A stretch of DNA of 63,714 nt from Octopus bimaculoides (lineage: Eukaryota), in assembly GCF_001194135.2 (NCBI RefSeq), contig NC_068988.1, forward strand, positions 41,729,418 through 41,793,131, in the 5' to 3' direction. The notes below the pieces were generated by a model. The model had not been told where the DNA came from and did not search any database. It saw only the letters and a program-made list of their open reading frames with translations. The position numbers were made by a program, and so were the translations under genes. Below are positions 35,681 to 49,350 of this stretch, piece by piece. Every line of letters starts with the position of its first letter. The first letter of the stretch is position 1.

Positions 35681-36819
35681 TGTATGTATGCATATACACA
35701 TGTGTGTGGTCTGTATGTGTGCGTTTGTCCGTGTGTTTATGTGTGTGTAAATACATATACATGTATGCATTTAATTATACACATGTATATATATATAAAT
35801 ATATATATATGCATACATATATATATATGTGTGTGTGCGTGTGTATACGTATGTATGTTCATATATATATGTGTGTGAGTTTATGTGTATGAATAAAAGT
35901 TCTTTCTTAGAGGTATATACTATATTAATAACAGAAACATTAGGCGTTGGTAATGTGAATATCTTCATTTATTCAAATCATAAATAAATAAGATAGAATT
36001 ATGGTAGAATCTGCCTTTGTGCGTTAATCTTTGTCTCTGCTACAGAACAGAATGGTCACATCCTTTTATATTTTGTTGTGCAGTAGCTTGTTATAGGTTG
36101 GCCATCAAGCCTATGTGGTAACTTAATTTTTTTTTGTGAGCTGAAATCTTTGAGTTAAAGAATTTTGTGTTAACAGATTTTTTTTAAAAAACTATGTCTT
36201 TGACTACGTGTCTCTATTTGGTTTTGTTTCAACGTTCGTTGAAGTCACCGCCAGTAGTTGTTTAACACATTTAACTTTTCAAATATATTTGCTATAAAGG
36301 CAAAAATACTAGAGGCTAATATAAACTGGATAAGCCAATTTGCAGTTTTAACAATTACTTGCAGCGAGATTGACCAGCAAACTACTGTGTAAGCAGTGTT
36401 TTGTTTCATTGCTGCAATGCAGTACAGGACATATTTACAGATTTAATACTGTGAGTTACAACTAATGTAAACAGTGCGTCTACAAAATGTTCGTGGGCAG
36501 AAATAGAGAACTGATGTACATACATTTCGACCCTTGTTGGTGTCATCGTCAGTAACTGAGCACGACCCTCAACTAGCCACAAGCACATCGCTTATAAGCC
36601 CGCATATATTAATGTTCGACCTCGCTACCATTATAACACAACGTGGTGTATAATATACGGTAAGCTTGACGACTGGATTTTTAGCTTCAAATTCCTCTGA
36701 AACATTTACCTGCGATAGGCATACTTCCTATCCAAGGTGACATTATATTTTTAAACATTTGAATGGAGAACATTAAATTGAAAAAAGAAGTAATTCAATG
36801 ACTTTGAATAATTTATTTG

Positions 36820-36868
36820 TACTAAATGTTTTAATGTTCTTTTTCTTCTCTTTCTATTTTAGGTAAGT
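36820..36868 (+). other. Candidate recursive splice site (3'SS immediately followed by 5'SS)
   Basis: TACTAAA branch-like motif at 36820-26, tract TTTTAATGTTCTTTTTCTTCTCTTTCTATTTT, AG at 36861-62, then GTAAGT at 36863-68. Confidence 0.6.
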
Positions 36869-36999
36869 TATATGCTTTTGTCTAAATACGATTCTGCGCT
36901 GCTGAGAATGGGAATAGACAACTAAATGATGAAATCATGTACTATAAAAAAGGAAGAAAATCAAGCAGGTATTTTCACGACGATCATCATTGTTATGTC

Positions 37000-37330
37000 T
37001 ATCTTAATTATTTGATTTCAATAATTTCATATGAACTTTCACTGAACTACCAACGTAAACCTCCATGTTCCTATTTTATGGATGGGTTTGGTTGCGTTTC
37101 ATGTAGCCATTTCTTGGGTTGTGTTCTGGTGTAAATGTGTCAGGTCGGAAGTATTTTATTTTACTTTATTAGTAGACATTCTTTATCTTACATACGTCAG
37201 CGATTATTATGGCTGCCATTTATATTCTCTTCTGACATGCTTCCATTTGAAGGTCTTCATATTTTGTTAATTCATAAACGTATACTTTAAGAGACTTTCA
37301 GATTCTTTCCGTGCAATATTTTGGTCTCTC
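37000..37330 (-). mobile_element. Degenerate RLE-type LINE extreme C-terminus
   Basis: Minus strand DQNIARKESESLLKY and KYEDLQME (cf. DxNIxxKExEKxxKYxDL). Confidence 0.5.
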
Positions 37331-38181
37331 ATATTTGATTATGTTATCTAAGAGTTGGCTTTGATCAGTCTGGATAGGTATACTTTTGATTATGATAATG
37401 ATTTTGATTCTGATAACGTGACTGTCAGAATCTGAATGTGATGTATGCTTACCCAATTTACTCTCAGTTTCTAAGTTGTAGTCACGTTGTTACTTTGTTA
37501 AAAAAGCAGCCTAACGGTCATATCTATAGATATATTGTCTTCTCAAATACCAGAGAGCCAGAAAGGTTGTGGTCAATATTTTCTTTCTGTTATTCTCATA
37601 ATATGTAACATATTTTAATATCTTGTTTCACTAATGGGACATTAAATGGTAGAACTGGTAGCGTGTCGGACGAAATATTACGTAGTATTAAATTATACTT
37701 TTTTATATTCTAGAATTTGCCTTTCATCCACACTGGATCGATGAACTAAAATATCATTACAGTACTGGGATCGATCAAACCGTCCATTTCTCTATTACGA
37801 AATGTGTTTTAGAAAAAAAAGTCATTACTTTTATGTAAAGCTGCGCGTTAACAGAAACGGTAGAGTATCCGACAACATTGCATGCGTGCTATTTTGCTCT
37901 CATTTCACAGACTTCTGGAGTCATGTTACTATCCGTCTTCCGAGAGTCGATGAGATAATTAGCATTGATGTAATAAAACCGATCTAATAAACTATTCCCC
38001 CACCACACACACACACACAAACACATGCACAAATGAGTGAACAAACGAAAGAAAATGGTACTCAACACTTTTGACAGGGGATATATATACTATTTAATGA
38101 CAGTTGATTAGGCTCCGTGCAACTTAAAATCTCGTAGGCTCGTTAAACAAACCTATCTCGTCAGGCAAGTAGAGACCGTGT

Positions 38182-38254
<73 letters not shown>

Positions 38255-38517
38255 GTGGGTTGTGTGCATGTGTATGTGCGCGCGCGTGCGTATGTTTGTG
38301 CGTGTATGTTTGTTTTTGCATGAAATTACATATAAGAACAATTTAACATTCAATTGAAGAATCACTCAATATTTTTTGGTAAACAACATGGTAACTTTTA
38401 AAGGTCGACATCAACATCGAAGTTTCGGCTCACTAGCCGTTATTTGACAGCCTGATGGCGGCTTATAAGCATAAAGTTTAAAATCGCTCAGTCTTTTTTT
38501 GCCTTCAAAATATTATC

Positions 38518-38564
<47 letters not shown>

Positions 38565-39452
38565 CATGTATGTATGTATGTATATATGTATGTATGTATC
38601 CCCGTCTTCAAATTGCCGGTCTTGTGCATAAATTATTAATTGAATCAATCATTATTATTACTAGAGTGGTAGATTTGCAGAATGCCTGGTGATATTTCTC
38701 CCGGCTTTTTATATTCTAAGTTCAATCCCACTGATAATAATTTCGACTCTCATTCCTCCCAAGTATTTAAATGAAACTAAAGTATCAATTGGATACTTGG
38801 TTCGATATAATTGATTGTCTCCTTCTCCCCAAAATTCTGGTTCTGTGCCTATAAAAGGAACTTTTCTCAATATTATGGCTGAGGTGGTTTTGAAAAATCT
38901 ACAAGGGAACTTGAGCTCACCATTGCAACCAAAGAAAATAACTTTGCCGCTCTGTTACTATCTACAACAGCAAGCTGCTCCCATTCTCTAGTGTGTACCC
39001 CTAAGTGAATTTGCCAAAATACGTTCAGTAGTCCATGTCAAGACTTTCTCAGAATGGGAAAAGCTGACATGTCGATTTGTTATACAACAACTTATAGTCT
39101 TATCCATCCTTTAAATGGAACATGCGCGTGGAAACATCATTGGTTGACTGTCAACTTGAATCAAAGAAGTAGAAGGAAAGATTGACTATAAAACAGCCCG
39201 ACGTAGTTATTAATTAAGTCTCAGAAACGCATTCACATAATCTGTCATAGCCTGACAGTCTCCACCTTCGTCCCTTCACACTGAAACACTGTAAGCATAA
39301 ATAAATGTATAAATACGTCCTCTACTCTGGTGGGACACATGATTAAAGCGGATGACATTCAATGGCCGACTGTCATTTCGAATGAGGAAGATTGAACGTC
39401 AGCAAATTTGCCGTAAAAGAGACAGACTGATGAAGATATGGCTGGAGTTATA

Positions 39453-41498
39453 TGTCAGACATAGGAGGAGAATAAGTGACTGAAAAAAAAATCTGTTAAA
39501 CGCGCATAGAACATAACAAAATAAATAACTGTCCTTCAGTAATAACGGACGAATTTTAATGGCCGTCTCTCAGTTCGAATGAGTAATGTTTGCAGAGAGA
39601 CTTTTCAGTCTGTCTGACAGAGATATAGTTAGACAGAACACTTGACTGCAGATTTACAGGAATATTTAGAAAATCTACGATAGAATATACGTACAGCATT
39701 TACCCCATTACCTTCTTCGCTTAAACTTACAACTCGCACCGGAAGCCTCGCGATCGTTTCAAAAGCTCAACTTCACCATCATTAACATAATAAAGACTGC
39801 ATATCAAAGGCAAGCCTTTCTTTCCAGATCAAGTAATTCTATAAAGCTCAAGTGAGACTCTCATTGGGGTGCATATCTTGCATCTGGAATAATACTGTTG
39901 TTATACCCACCGATTTCGTAGACAGTATTCAAAGAGAGACCACTAAACTCATTAGGCATTCAAATACAGTTCAGTCTCTACTCCACTACTTGGACAGTGG
40001 GTTCTGTTTTACGGAGCGTATTTATCTTGTACCACTTCTGTTTAGGCATTTAGGTTTCATTCTCCCAATCCCCTCCCACCACACTACTATGTCCAGTCAT
40101 ACATCCCAGAACGACAATACGTTATAACTCCTTCCCTGTCCCATGTTTCTTATGCAACCGTCGATTTGCAATAGTTTAAGCAGTCGTTAAGGACATCAAT
40201 CTCATAGGTCTCCGAAATTCTGTGAAGGTCTTGGGAGTTGTACTTTCCTTCTGATGAAAGTAAAACGCAATATAAAAAGCAAATAACAATTAATGACTAT
40301 ATTGTCAATTTCAATGAATAAATTAGAACGATAAATTTTCCTATTGAAAAAATATCTGTCTGCTTAAATTATGTTTGATTTGGCAAACAGTCAGACATTT
40401 GGATTGACGTCGTGTCAAAGTGTTGACAGCGCATATAGAGGAAAAACAGATGTAAAGTTGATTATGAATAAAGTAGACGATACACAATGTCTGACAGTCA
40501 AACCGAATTAAGAAAGTACAATGATAGATTTTCCTTTAAAACACCTAACAACGATAGAGTTGAAATAACTGTCAGACATTCATGCAGACGTAAATAACAG
40601 CTAAAGGATTGAGAGGCACAAACACATACAATGAAAGCGATAAAACAGTATATAAATAAGTCATTCAGTACAATGAAATTCGAATAAAGTAGATAACATA
40701 CAATGGCTGACTATCACATTGAACGGAAAAAGTACAAAGGTAGACAGTGTTTTAAAAGAGTTTGTCTGACGGACTTAGAATTCACTATTATACCCTTACC
40801 TTAAAAATTATTACGACTTTAATACATTAAGAAACTCTTCTTTATTTATAATATTTCTCCTTTCGTTGATTTTACTCTAGTTCTATCTGTTTAATCTACC
40901 TCTTGAATGAGAACCTCCAAGTATTCATTAATTAGTTGTTCGTTTTGCTTTTTTCTTTACTCAATTACGCTTTCAAATGTTTACACTCGTATTATTTAAT
41001 TTAAGCCTGCCAAAAAATTGAGAGAAAATTATTTTCTTTATCCGTTTGGTGTGACAACACACTCTCCTGTGGCGGAAGTTAGCATTACGATAAACGATCG
41101 AAATACATAGACGGACTGGTTGAGAGACTAACAAACAGGCATTATCATGTCAGATGAATTGTAAATCAAACTGACCGAACGACTGCCTGATATACTGACT
41201 AAATGATATGAACGGAGAAATTAAATAAATGTATGAGAATAAATAAACAACCAAATAAATGAAATGAAGCTTTCACTAGTTTGGAACATATCTAAAAAAC
41301 AGACGACTTGCAATTGCCGATAGTCACATCCAAAGAAAAAATATAAAGATAGACTTCAGTATAAATCGGACTGTCTGACGGTGATATGGTTGATTAACTG
41401 GTAGACATACTGTCAGACATAACGAAAGAGAGAAAAAATATGATAATAGTAGCTTGACTGGGAAACAGGTCGCAGACAGCATAAGTTTCTGTCAGATG
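39453..41498. promoter_or_regulatory. Cluster of GTCWGAC / TGTCWGACA palindromic motifs
   Basis: GTCWGAC at 39454, 39612, 40390, 40489, 40571, 40764, 41373, 41412. The cluster is seen directly; regulatory function is unproven. Confidence 0.35.
39780..40200 (+). mobile_element. CR1/L2-group LINE C-terminal fragment
   Basis: FYKAQVRLSLGCISCIWNN...VDSIQRETTKLIR...VQSLLH (cf. LYKAQVRPxLEYCSHIW...LDxIQxxAxRLI...LxSLxHRR). Confidence 0.65.
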
Positions 41499-43289
41499 GA
41501 TGGAATAATGAAAAGATTCAACGAGATGGAAGAAAAAGATATGTATATAAGTAGATAAATCAATAAACTACAGTAAGGAAGTAAATAAATAGAAGTTTAC
41601 TTCCAAATATCAATATTTTCAACATGGCTAAGGAGGGTGGAGTCATAAAAAAAAAACAGAAGCAAAATTCGATTCTACCTTTCAGAAACGGAGCGACTCT
41701 AGCTTCCTATTTCCGCAGTCGGTAAAATAGGTGCAAGTTTTATAATGGGACTCAATTCAATAAACTATAGCCTTTCTGAATAAGTCTCTAACCTTGTGCT
41801 TATGTCAGAAACGATTGTTATTAATTATTGTTAAATGTTATTGTAGGATATACATACTGACCAAGTGACTGCCTGATACACTAACTGAAATCTAAAACAG
41901 CAGATTAAATACTCTGTTGCGTATATTTCTATATCTTTACATTCTGAGTTCAAATCCTGCAAAGCATGGCTTTGCCTTTCGACTCTTCAAAGTTGAGAAT
42001 ATAAATACCGATATATATATATATGTATATAAATTAAACTGGATTCAAGCAACTATAATACTCTCGTACAAATTTCTATCTTTTTATCAGTATAAGAAAT
42101 GAAGTGGAAACTCGTTACATGGCCAGTGAACAGGTGAGCTTTTCATATGAAGAACTCCCGTCAAGCGATTCGGATTGGAGGGGCATTGTTTTAAAGATGA
42201 AGTTTCGTCCCCGTTTTAACTGCTTCTAGTAGCTATATACACTGGCTTGTGTAGTCCCTATTCTAAAGACATCCGGGAGATGGGAGGGGAGGGGAAGGGT
42301 AGTTGTCTAATACATTGGGAAACTCAACTTTTTTATAGTGTCTCCTTTTTAAGTATGTTAAAGTCTCTGGTGAAGAACAACTGTTATATGAAGCAGACCA
42401 ACCGACTGTCTGTCATGAAGCCGCCCATCAACACACTCCAGGCTCTAACCCACAGTCATGTTCTACTCATCTTTTATAGAGTTATTGCAGTAGCCTCTGT
42501 TCCTTCAATCTGGCTTGCCTCATAAGACATCCATTGCGGAACTCTTGGTTTATTTTTTTCTTTTCCTCTCTTTTATACTATTTCTACCGCGCCGAGCCTC
42601 CATTACCAACTGATCCCTAAACTCCCATCCCGAAACATCAGTTCTATGAAATCCAAATCTATCCCTGTCTCTGTTTCTCCTTGGCGGCATTTGTATTGCA
42701 GCTGTTCATGAGAAACGTCGACCACGTTGATTTATCAATCTCGGAAGATCTGTAAGGCAATGGATAAGGCCCGCTCTTGCAGATCAAGCCATTAAGAAAT
42801 GCATCCATAAAGAATCTTCTTCTGTATTTCATGTGGCTCCGATTACTAAGAGTGGGACATTGTTTATTATTGAATATCTAGTTTCTGTATTACGCCGAGC
42901 AAAAGAAAATGACAGCTCAATTTTTAGCTACATGATCCTTATTTGTGAATTTTAATTATACAACAGAACACATAATTGGTATTGTGCTAAAATAATTAAG
43001 GGTTATACATCATAGACTGGACATGAGTTGTCTCTAGCAACGATGTCGGGAGAGTATTATTAGAAATTTAGTTTGTTAAACAATATACATGCAATGGTAA
43101 TACAGATCATCCACGTTCTCTCCTCTACTGCCAATCTTTATACGGTTGCATGGGGGAAAACATGAGGACGTCGCTACACGGGCACTGGACATATTAGAAA
43201 TACTAGCCAAATCACACGCATCCCACCGCATTTTTAATGGACACATTGGTTAATGCAACCACACATACACACACACACGCACACACACA

Positions 43290-43340
<51 letters not shown>

Positions 43341-44774
43341 AAGAGACAGACAGACAGACAGACAGAAAGAGAGACAAAAGGATAAATATGTGTGTGTGTA
43401 TGTGTGTGTGTGTGTGTGTTTGTGCGTATGTGTGTGTGTGTGCGTGCTTATGTGTGTGTGAAGAGGCGAGATGTACAAGCTGGATTGCCTTTTATCATAT
43501 GTATTCTCAGTCAGATCGTAACAAGGGCCACACAGAAACAACATCAACAGTGGAAAGATCCTCTTGACATAACAGCCAAATATCTCTCAAATCAAACTCT
43601 ATCGTCTTAGAGAGATGGTAGGGTCTGAAAAAAAAGCACATTAATGAGCGCCTTTGCTTATATAACTTGCTAAATAAACCTGGATATTATACAACAAAAA
43701 GAACTGGAGCTGTAAATTATATTTGCGTAAAAAATGACACTGATTTTTCGATAATACTTTGAAAACTCCGTAATTGATTCGTTCGCTTATATTTTAAAGT
43801 GGGAAGCAGCATTTACTCAGGGAAAATTTGGTTGCTACATTAAGCTAAAACTAGAGAATGTATATAAAATTGTTGATCCTCTATTTAGCAAGCATTTAAT
43901 ACAGGGTCGTTGGCTATTGTGAGGTGGCGTAATGTTAAGTAGAGAAGACATATTCTCTTGGATAAGACACTAGACTATCACAATCAACTTTCTCCATCGG
44001 CGTCAAGTAAGTGTGTGATGGAGATTGTGCTGGTAAAGCTACTGGTGGTGGTAATTTCCACTGAGTTTTTCTCAACTACAGTTGCTCAGAATTTTTTGGG
44101 CGTCCCCTGTCTTTGAAAGAAGACACTTGCCAAAAGTACCATGCATTGTTATCGAACTCAAAGTCAGGAAGCAAAATCTTTGCAACAAAATTGCTGCTCT
44201 TTCAGTAAATGTAACTTGGGTTAACCAATGTATTATTTGTGAAGCTTTGTATACAGAAATTGATATAAAATTTACTGAGGAAATATATATTTTACACTTC
44301 TATACTTTATACTTTGAAAGAGAGCTTTTCCATCGAGATCGATGTATAGAATAAATATATAATTTCATACATGTTTTGTGTGTTCGCACGTGTGTGTGTA
44401 TTTACCACCCACGGAGATGCAGGTTAAATGTAAAACAATAGCACAAAATACGACAGAAGAAGGATATCCAGGAGTCATGACCTACATACGGCCCAGCCCT
44501 TTTAGATGTAACAGATTGAAATAAATACTGGGATCGATATTTTAAAAAATTTTCTTTATTGGTTTTGATCCAATAACAAAAGCGTGTAAAATCATACATG
44601 TGTTTCAGTTAATTGCAAATACCCCAATAACTACATTCATCTTGTTCATATTGTATTGATTTTTCTTTTAATGAATCATTAACTTATGCTTTTTGACACA
44701 AAAGATTTTTTCCACTGGTTGAACATAAACATACACAAAGCTCATACATATATACGCGCATATATTATTTTATT

Positions 44775-45400
44775 CTTTTATTATTTTACACGTTTCAGCC
44801 CTAAGGCTGTGACCATGCTAGGGCACCGCCAGTGTAATCACCTTTTCAATGGCCAATCTTATGTGATTGTTGTTCGGTGCAGGAGGGAGTTCGACACTGC
44901 TGCCCTCTTTTGAGTCACCCGCCTTGATATTGATTCATCTGGGACCTTGCATAGCAGGAGACCAAGCTGTTTCTTGTCCCACTCCATGAAGATTCTGCAG
45001 ATGTTTTAGCAAGATGTTAAATAGCCGTAGGTCCTTGAATCCCAAGCTATTGTAGTAAATGATCCTCACACTAGATGGGATAACTGGGACCTTTAAAACA
45101 GTGCAGGGACGTCCAGTTCGGGGCCTAGTATAGCTCTCGATACCAAAGCCCCTCCAGGACCTTCCATACCTCTCCCGTCCTTCGCTCCAGAAAGTAGGGT
45201 CGTAGTTATTTCAGTCTCTCCCAGTAGCTCAGTTGTTCCATTGATGTGATCTTCCTTGTATAACATTGTTGAGCTGCCTCAAATTCCGTTATTAATCTGA
45301 TATTGCCTGAGTCGAGAACAACGTCGTTAGATCTTAGTATAAATCCATAAAGCTGAAAATCATAACTATGTTCCGAGCCAAGTGACTCAAGTCCTTGATT
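44775..45400 (-). mobile_element. CR1/L2-group LINE 3' end, related to 26875-27600
   Basis: Minus strand EFEAAQQCYTRKITSMEQLSYWERLK, GPTAI*HLAK / VPDES region; tail GGCGGTGCCCTAGCATGGTCACAGCC. Confidence 0.8.
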
Positions 45401-46365
45401 AGTACTTTATGTCACCGATTTATATTTTATTTTACATTATTATAGTTATTTATTCAGGCTACGAGCTGGCACCATTGGACAGCTTCTAATCACAAGTTTG
45501 GACTTCACCATAAGAACAATAACAACAAAAGCCCACAGTAAAATCATCATCATTTTTTAGCGATCCGATATTACTGACACTTCAGCACATTTCTTATGTT
45601 TCATCGACCGCAATCTACCGTACTGGCTATTCTGATACTCACTAACAACCAACAGGGAAACAGACATTTTCCGGAAGCCGGAAACGAACCAAATTTCTCA
45701 GATTTGCAGCCGTCATGCATTATTGATTATACTGTCAGAGGAGGCTCTTGTTACAGTACCACCATAATTGTTTCGCACTTTGTATATGTATACATACATA
45801 CACGCATACATGGATGTGTGTATAATGCATACATATATTGGCCAAGATGAATATTCCTATCTGATGGTAAGTCTAGTTATAACTAAATATAAGCCAGTCT
45901 GGCAACGTCTCTGTCAATTGTTTGGGTGTTTCTCTCATATTTTACTTAGGAAGGAGTTAAAACATTATCCTAAGATTGCACCTGTAGCCCGGAATGTGTA
46001 ACCAGAGTATATAATATCCAGATAAAATGTATGGATCTCAAACTATTTGTATGCCATAAATCAGTCATCCATCATGTATTGTTTGCTGCACCGCTCCTCA
46101 TAGCAGTTGTTGGATCATCCAGTGGGACACCAGACAGAATCTGTGACATTGCATCATAAAAGACTCCGCTAAAATCATCCCAGGATCAACAGGTAGCATT
46201 AAACCGGATAATGGGTTGTCACTACTGAAGACCAGCACCCAGTGCAGTTTCTGTCAATCCCATTTGATTGACCGGACAACTATCAGATGAAACTTGAATT
46301 GGCTATCATCTCTTGGTATAACAAACACATCCACGCGCGCATATAGGCATACATACATACATACA

Positions 46366-46399
<34 letters not shown>

Positions 46400-46402
46400 C
46401 AT

Positions 46403-46720
46403 ACCTGGCACTCCGTCCGTTACGACCACGTGTGTTCCAGTTAATCCGATCAACAGAAAAACCTACCTGTGAAATTAAGGTCGAAGTAACTGAGCACTAC
46501 AATGACACACGTACACTTGACGTGGTACTCAGGGAAATTTAGCGTGACACAGGTTGTGACAAAGCTGGACCTTTGAATTACAGGTACAGCTCTTTTTTAT
46601 CAACTGGGTGGACCGGAGCAGCATGAAATAAAATGTCTTGTTCAAGGACACATGGCACCGCATGGAATCGAAATCACGACCTAATGATCGAATACGCTAA
46701 TCACTAAGTTACGCACTTTC
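46403..46720 (-). mobile_element. Family-C SINE
   Basis: TGGCACTCCGTCCGTTACGAC...CCAGTTAATCCGATCAAC...GTTCAAGGACAC...ATCGAAATCACGACC; same head type as 30610-30900. Confidence 0.8.
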
Positions 46721-47643
46721 ACAACACGCACACACGCACGCACATACACACGCATGCACATACACACGCACGCACNNNNNNNNNNCACATACACACGAAC
46801 GCACATACACACGCACGCACATACACACGCACGCACATACACACGCACGCACATACACACGCACGCACATACACACGCACGCACGTACACACGTGCTGAT
46901 GCATACATACATACATGCATACATACATACATACACACAAACACACACACACGCGCGCGCGCACACACAGTAGGTATAGACCAAAAATACCCGTACTTTA
47001 CGCAGCAACTAGTGTGGAGCTTATGAAGCTAGGCCGGAGGTAATAAAACATTTAAGTAATGTTTAATAATTGTCTTGTGGTCACCATTATACTTGGATCG
47101 CTGCACAATCCGCATGTGCTGTTCAAATACTCAGCAATCTGAAAAATATGGAAGATGTTCTTTGACACTCTGCACACGCGCGCGCGCCCACAAACCTATA
47201 TATTTGTGTGTGTGTGTGTGTGTGTGTGTGAGTGTGTTACTTCGCTTAGCATAACGATACTAATACCTAACAATTAGAACTCAATAAACATGTGTTTCAG
47301 AATACGCCATTAACCCAGTACTGAACGTAATATGAGATTTAACATTGCTTGTTTACACTTTTTCGAGATCAGTGAATTTTCGTCACTGGAAAAAGTATAT
47401 ATGTATTTGCATTGGGACTCCTTCACATCGAAGATCGGTGATTGCCGTACGCTGACGAAGGGTAAATACCCAGAAACTCGAGTCAGATCAACGATGGGAA
47501 GGATGACTTCCCTTTGCAAACACCGACAGGGCATAGATGTGTGTCAATAGCCACCTGGAAGAGATGTTCTCCTGGGGCTAAAAGCAACAGTAACATTCAC
47601 CCTTCGGGTTTAGCCGCATTTAAGTGGCAAATATATTTCACGT

Positions 47644-47701
<58 letters not shown>

Positions 47702-47703
<2 letters not shown>

Positions 47704-48453
47704 GGGTGTTCCAAAAGTCACTGATGGGTTTCAATTTTTAATAACTTCCTTAACATCAACTTTTCATTCAATATAAAGGACATAATGGAAATTAATATGC
47801 ACAAGTCAAATTTGGCAACACCACTCCATCACATTTGAAAAATTACATCGCTTAATTGGAGGCCATTTTCAGCTTCTCACGCCCGTGCTCGTTCCAACAC
47901 TTGTGCCATAACACCCTCAAGAACTTTAGACCCTACTTCTCTGATTTCTCTATTGATGTTCTTCAGTTGCACCAGGGTCTCCGGTTTGTTGATGTAAAGC
48001 CTCTCTTTCGGGCATCCCCACAAGAACAAGTTCGAGCTAGTCAGGTCTGGAGAACGTGAAGGCCAGTTGACATTGCCTTGCAGGAGGTTATTCTCTCTAC
48101 AAAGCACTGGCGCAAATAGATCTCAGTGATGGATACCTGAAAGAGAGGATTTACGTCAACAAAGAGAGACCTTGGTGCAACTGAAGGAGAACATCAATAG
48201 AGAAGTGAGGTCTGAAATTCTTGAGGGTGTTATGGTGCAAGGTTTGGAAAGAGCACGGGTGTGTGAAGCCGAGGATGGCTGCCATTAAGCGATGTCATTT
48301 TTCATATGTGATGTAGTGAAGTTGCAAACTTTGACTGGCGCACATTACTTTCCATTATGTCCTGTATATTTTATCAAAATGTCATGCATTTATTTGTACA
48401 GTTAAGGAAGTTAATAAAAGTTGAAACCCATCAGTAACTTTTGGGACACCTTG
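47702..48453. mobile_element. Foldback (palindromic) non-autonomous Tc1/mariner derivative
   Basis: Arms 47702-48017 and 48131-48453 are inverted copies of a transposase 3' end plus TIR (TAGGGTGTTCCAAAAGTCACTGATGGGTTTCAA / TTGAAACCCATCAGTAACTTTTGGGACACCTTG). Minus strand encodes WPSRSPDLTSSNLFLWGCPKERLYINKP. Confidence 0.9.
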
Positions 48454-49004
48454 CATATATCGGGCACAATTGAAAATGTTGCGTAACTATGCTATTTGTA
48501 TTTTTTTTATAGAAACTTTATGTTTTGCTTTCATAGAATTTCTAGGAAATATTATCAGATAAAACAGGGATAGTAACAAAAAGCAGAAACAATTAACTGC
48601 TGGTTGTTGAGGTAAAGCAACAAATGTTCTCACTTATAATGTATAGTAGTTGACGTCAATTTGTCTCTCCAGTGTTTCGTTACCCACAATCCTCTGTTCA
48701 CGTTAACCAGTTTATAGAGGTGATATAGTAAAAGAACTTGCTAACAGCAATCTTTTTTACGTATAATTCTTTTTGAGATGTCAATAAAATGTCAAGTGAA
48801 TCCTTGAAAATTCTCTTTACTTTCATCCCAACTAGATGTAACATGGTTTCTAGATTAGTTTGTATGATATTCTAGAAGCATTGTGATGTATTACATCGAA
48901 AAGAAATTTAAATGTCATAACAATTCGACTTTTAATAAAAGATGTTTTATCTTCATTCATCTCTTAATAATATTTCCATTTTGAAAAACCATTATCAAAT
49001 AATC

Positions 49005-49350
49005 GTGGCACTCCGACGCTTACGACGACGAGGATTCCAGTTGATCCGACCAACGGAACAGCCTGCTCGTGAAATTAACGTGTAAATGGCTGAGCACTCC
49101 ACAGGCACGTCTACCTTTAACGTAGTTTTCGAGGAGATTCAGCGTGAGACAAGGCTGGCTCTTTGAAATACAGGTACAACAGAAACAGGAAGAAAGAGTG
49201 AGAGAAAGTTGTGGTGAACTCTGCCGGAGCCTTATGGAGCTTTAGGTGTTTTCGCTCAATAAAAACTCACAACGGCCGGTCTGGGAATCGAAACCGCGAT
49301 CGCACAACCGCGAGTCCACTGCCCTAGCCACTGGGCCATTGCGCCTTCAC
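49005..49350 (-). mobile_element. SINE with family-C 3' half but a different tRNA-like head and body
   Basis: The 3' half matches 30610 and 46403; the head reads GTGAAGGCGCAATGGCCCAGTGGCTAGGGCAGTGGACTCGCGG...GGTTTCGATTCCCAGACC. Confidence 0.8.

Noticed and set aside
38420-38480. GTTTCGGC...GCCG and CTGATGGCGGC...AAGC resembling two inverted hammerhead halves
   Set aside because: Neither half retains both the CUGANGA and GAAA cores.
42091-42139. 43-nt candidate exon (IRNEVETRYMASEQ) ending CAG|GTGAGC
   Set aside because: The acceptor derives from a decayed SINE tail, and there is no homology support.
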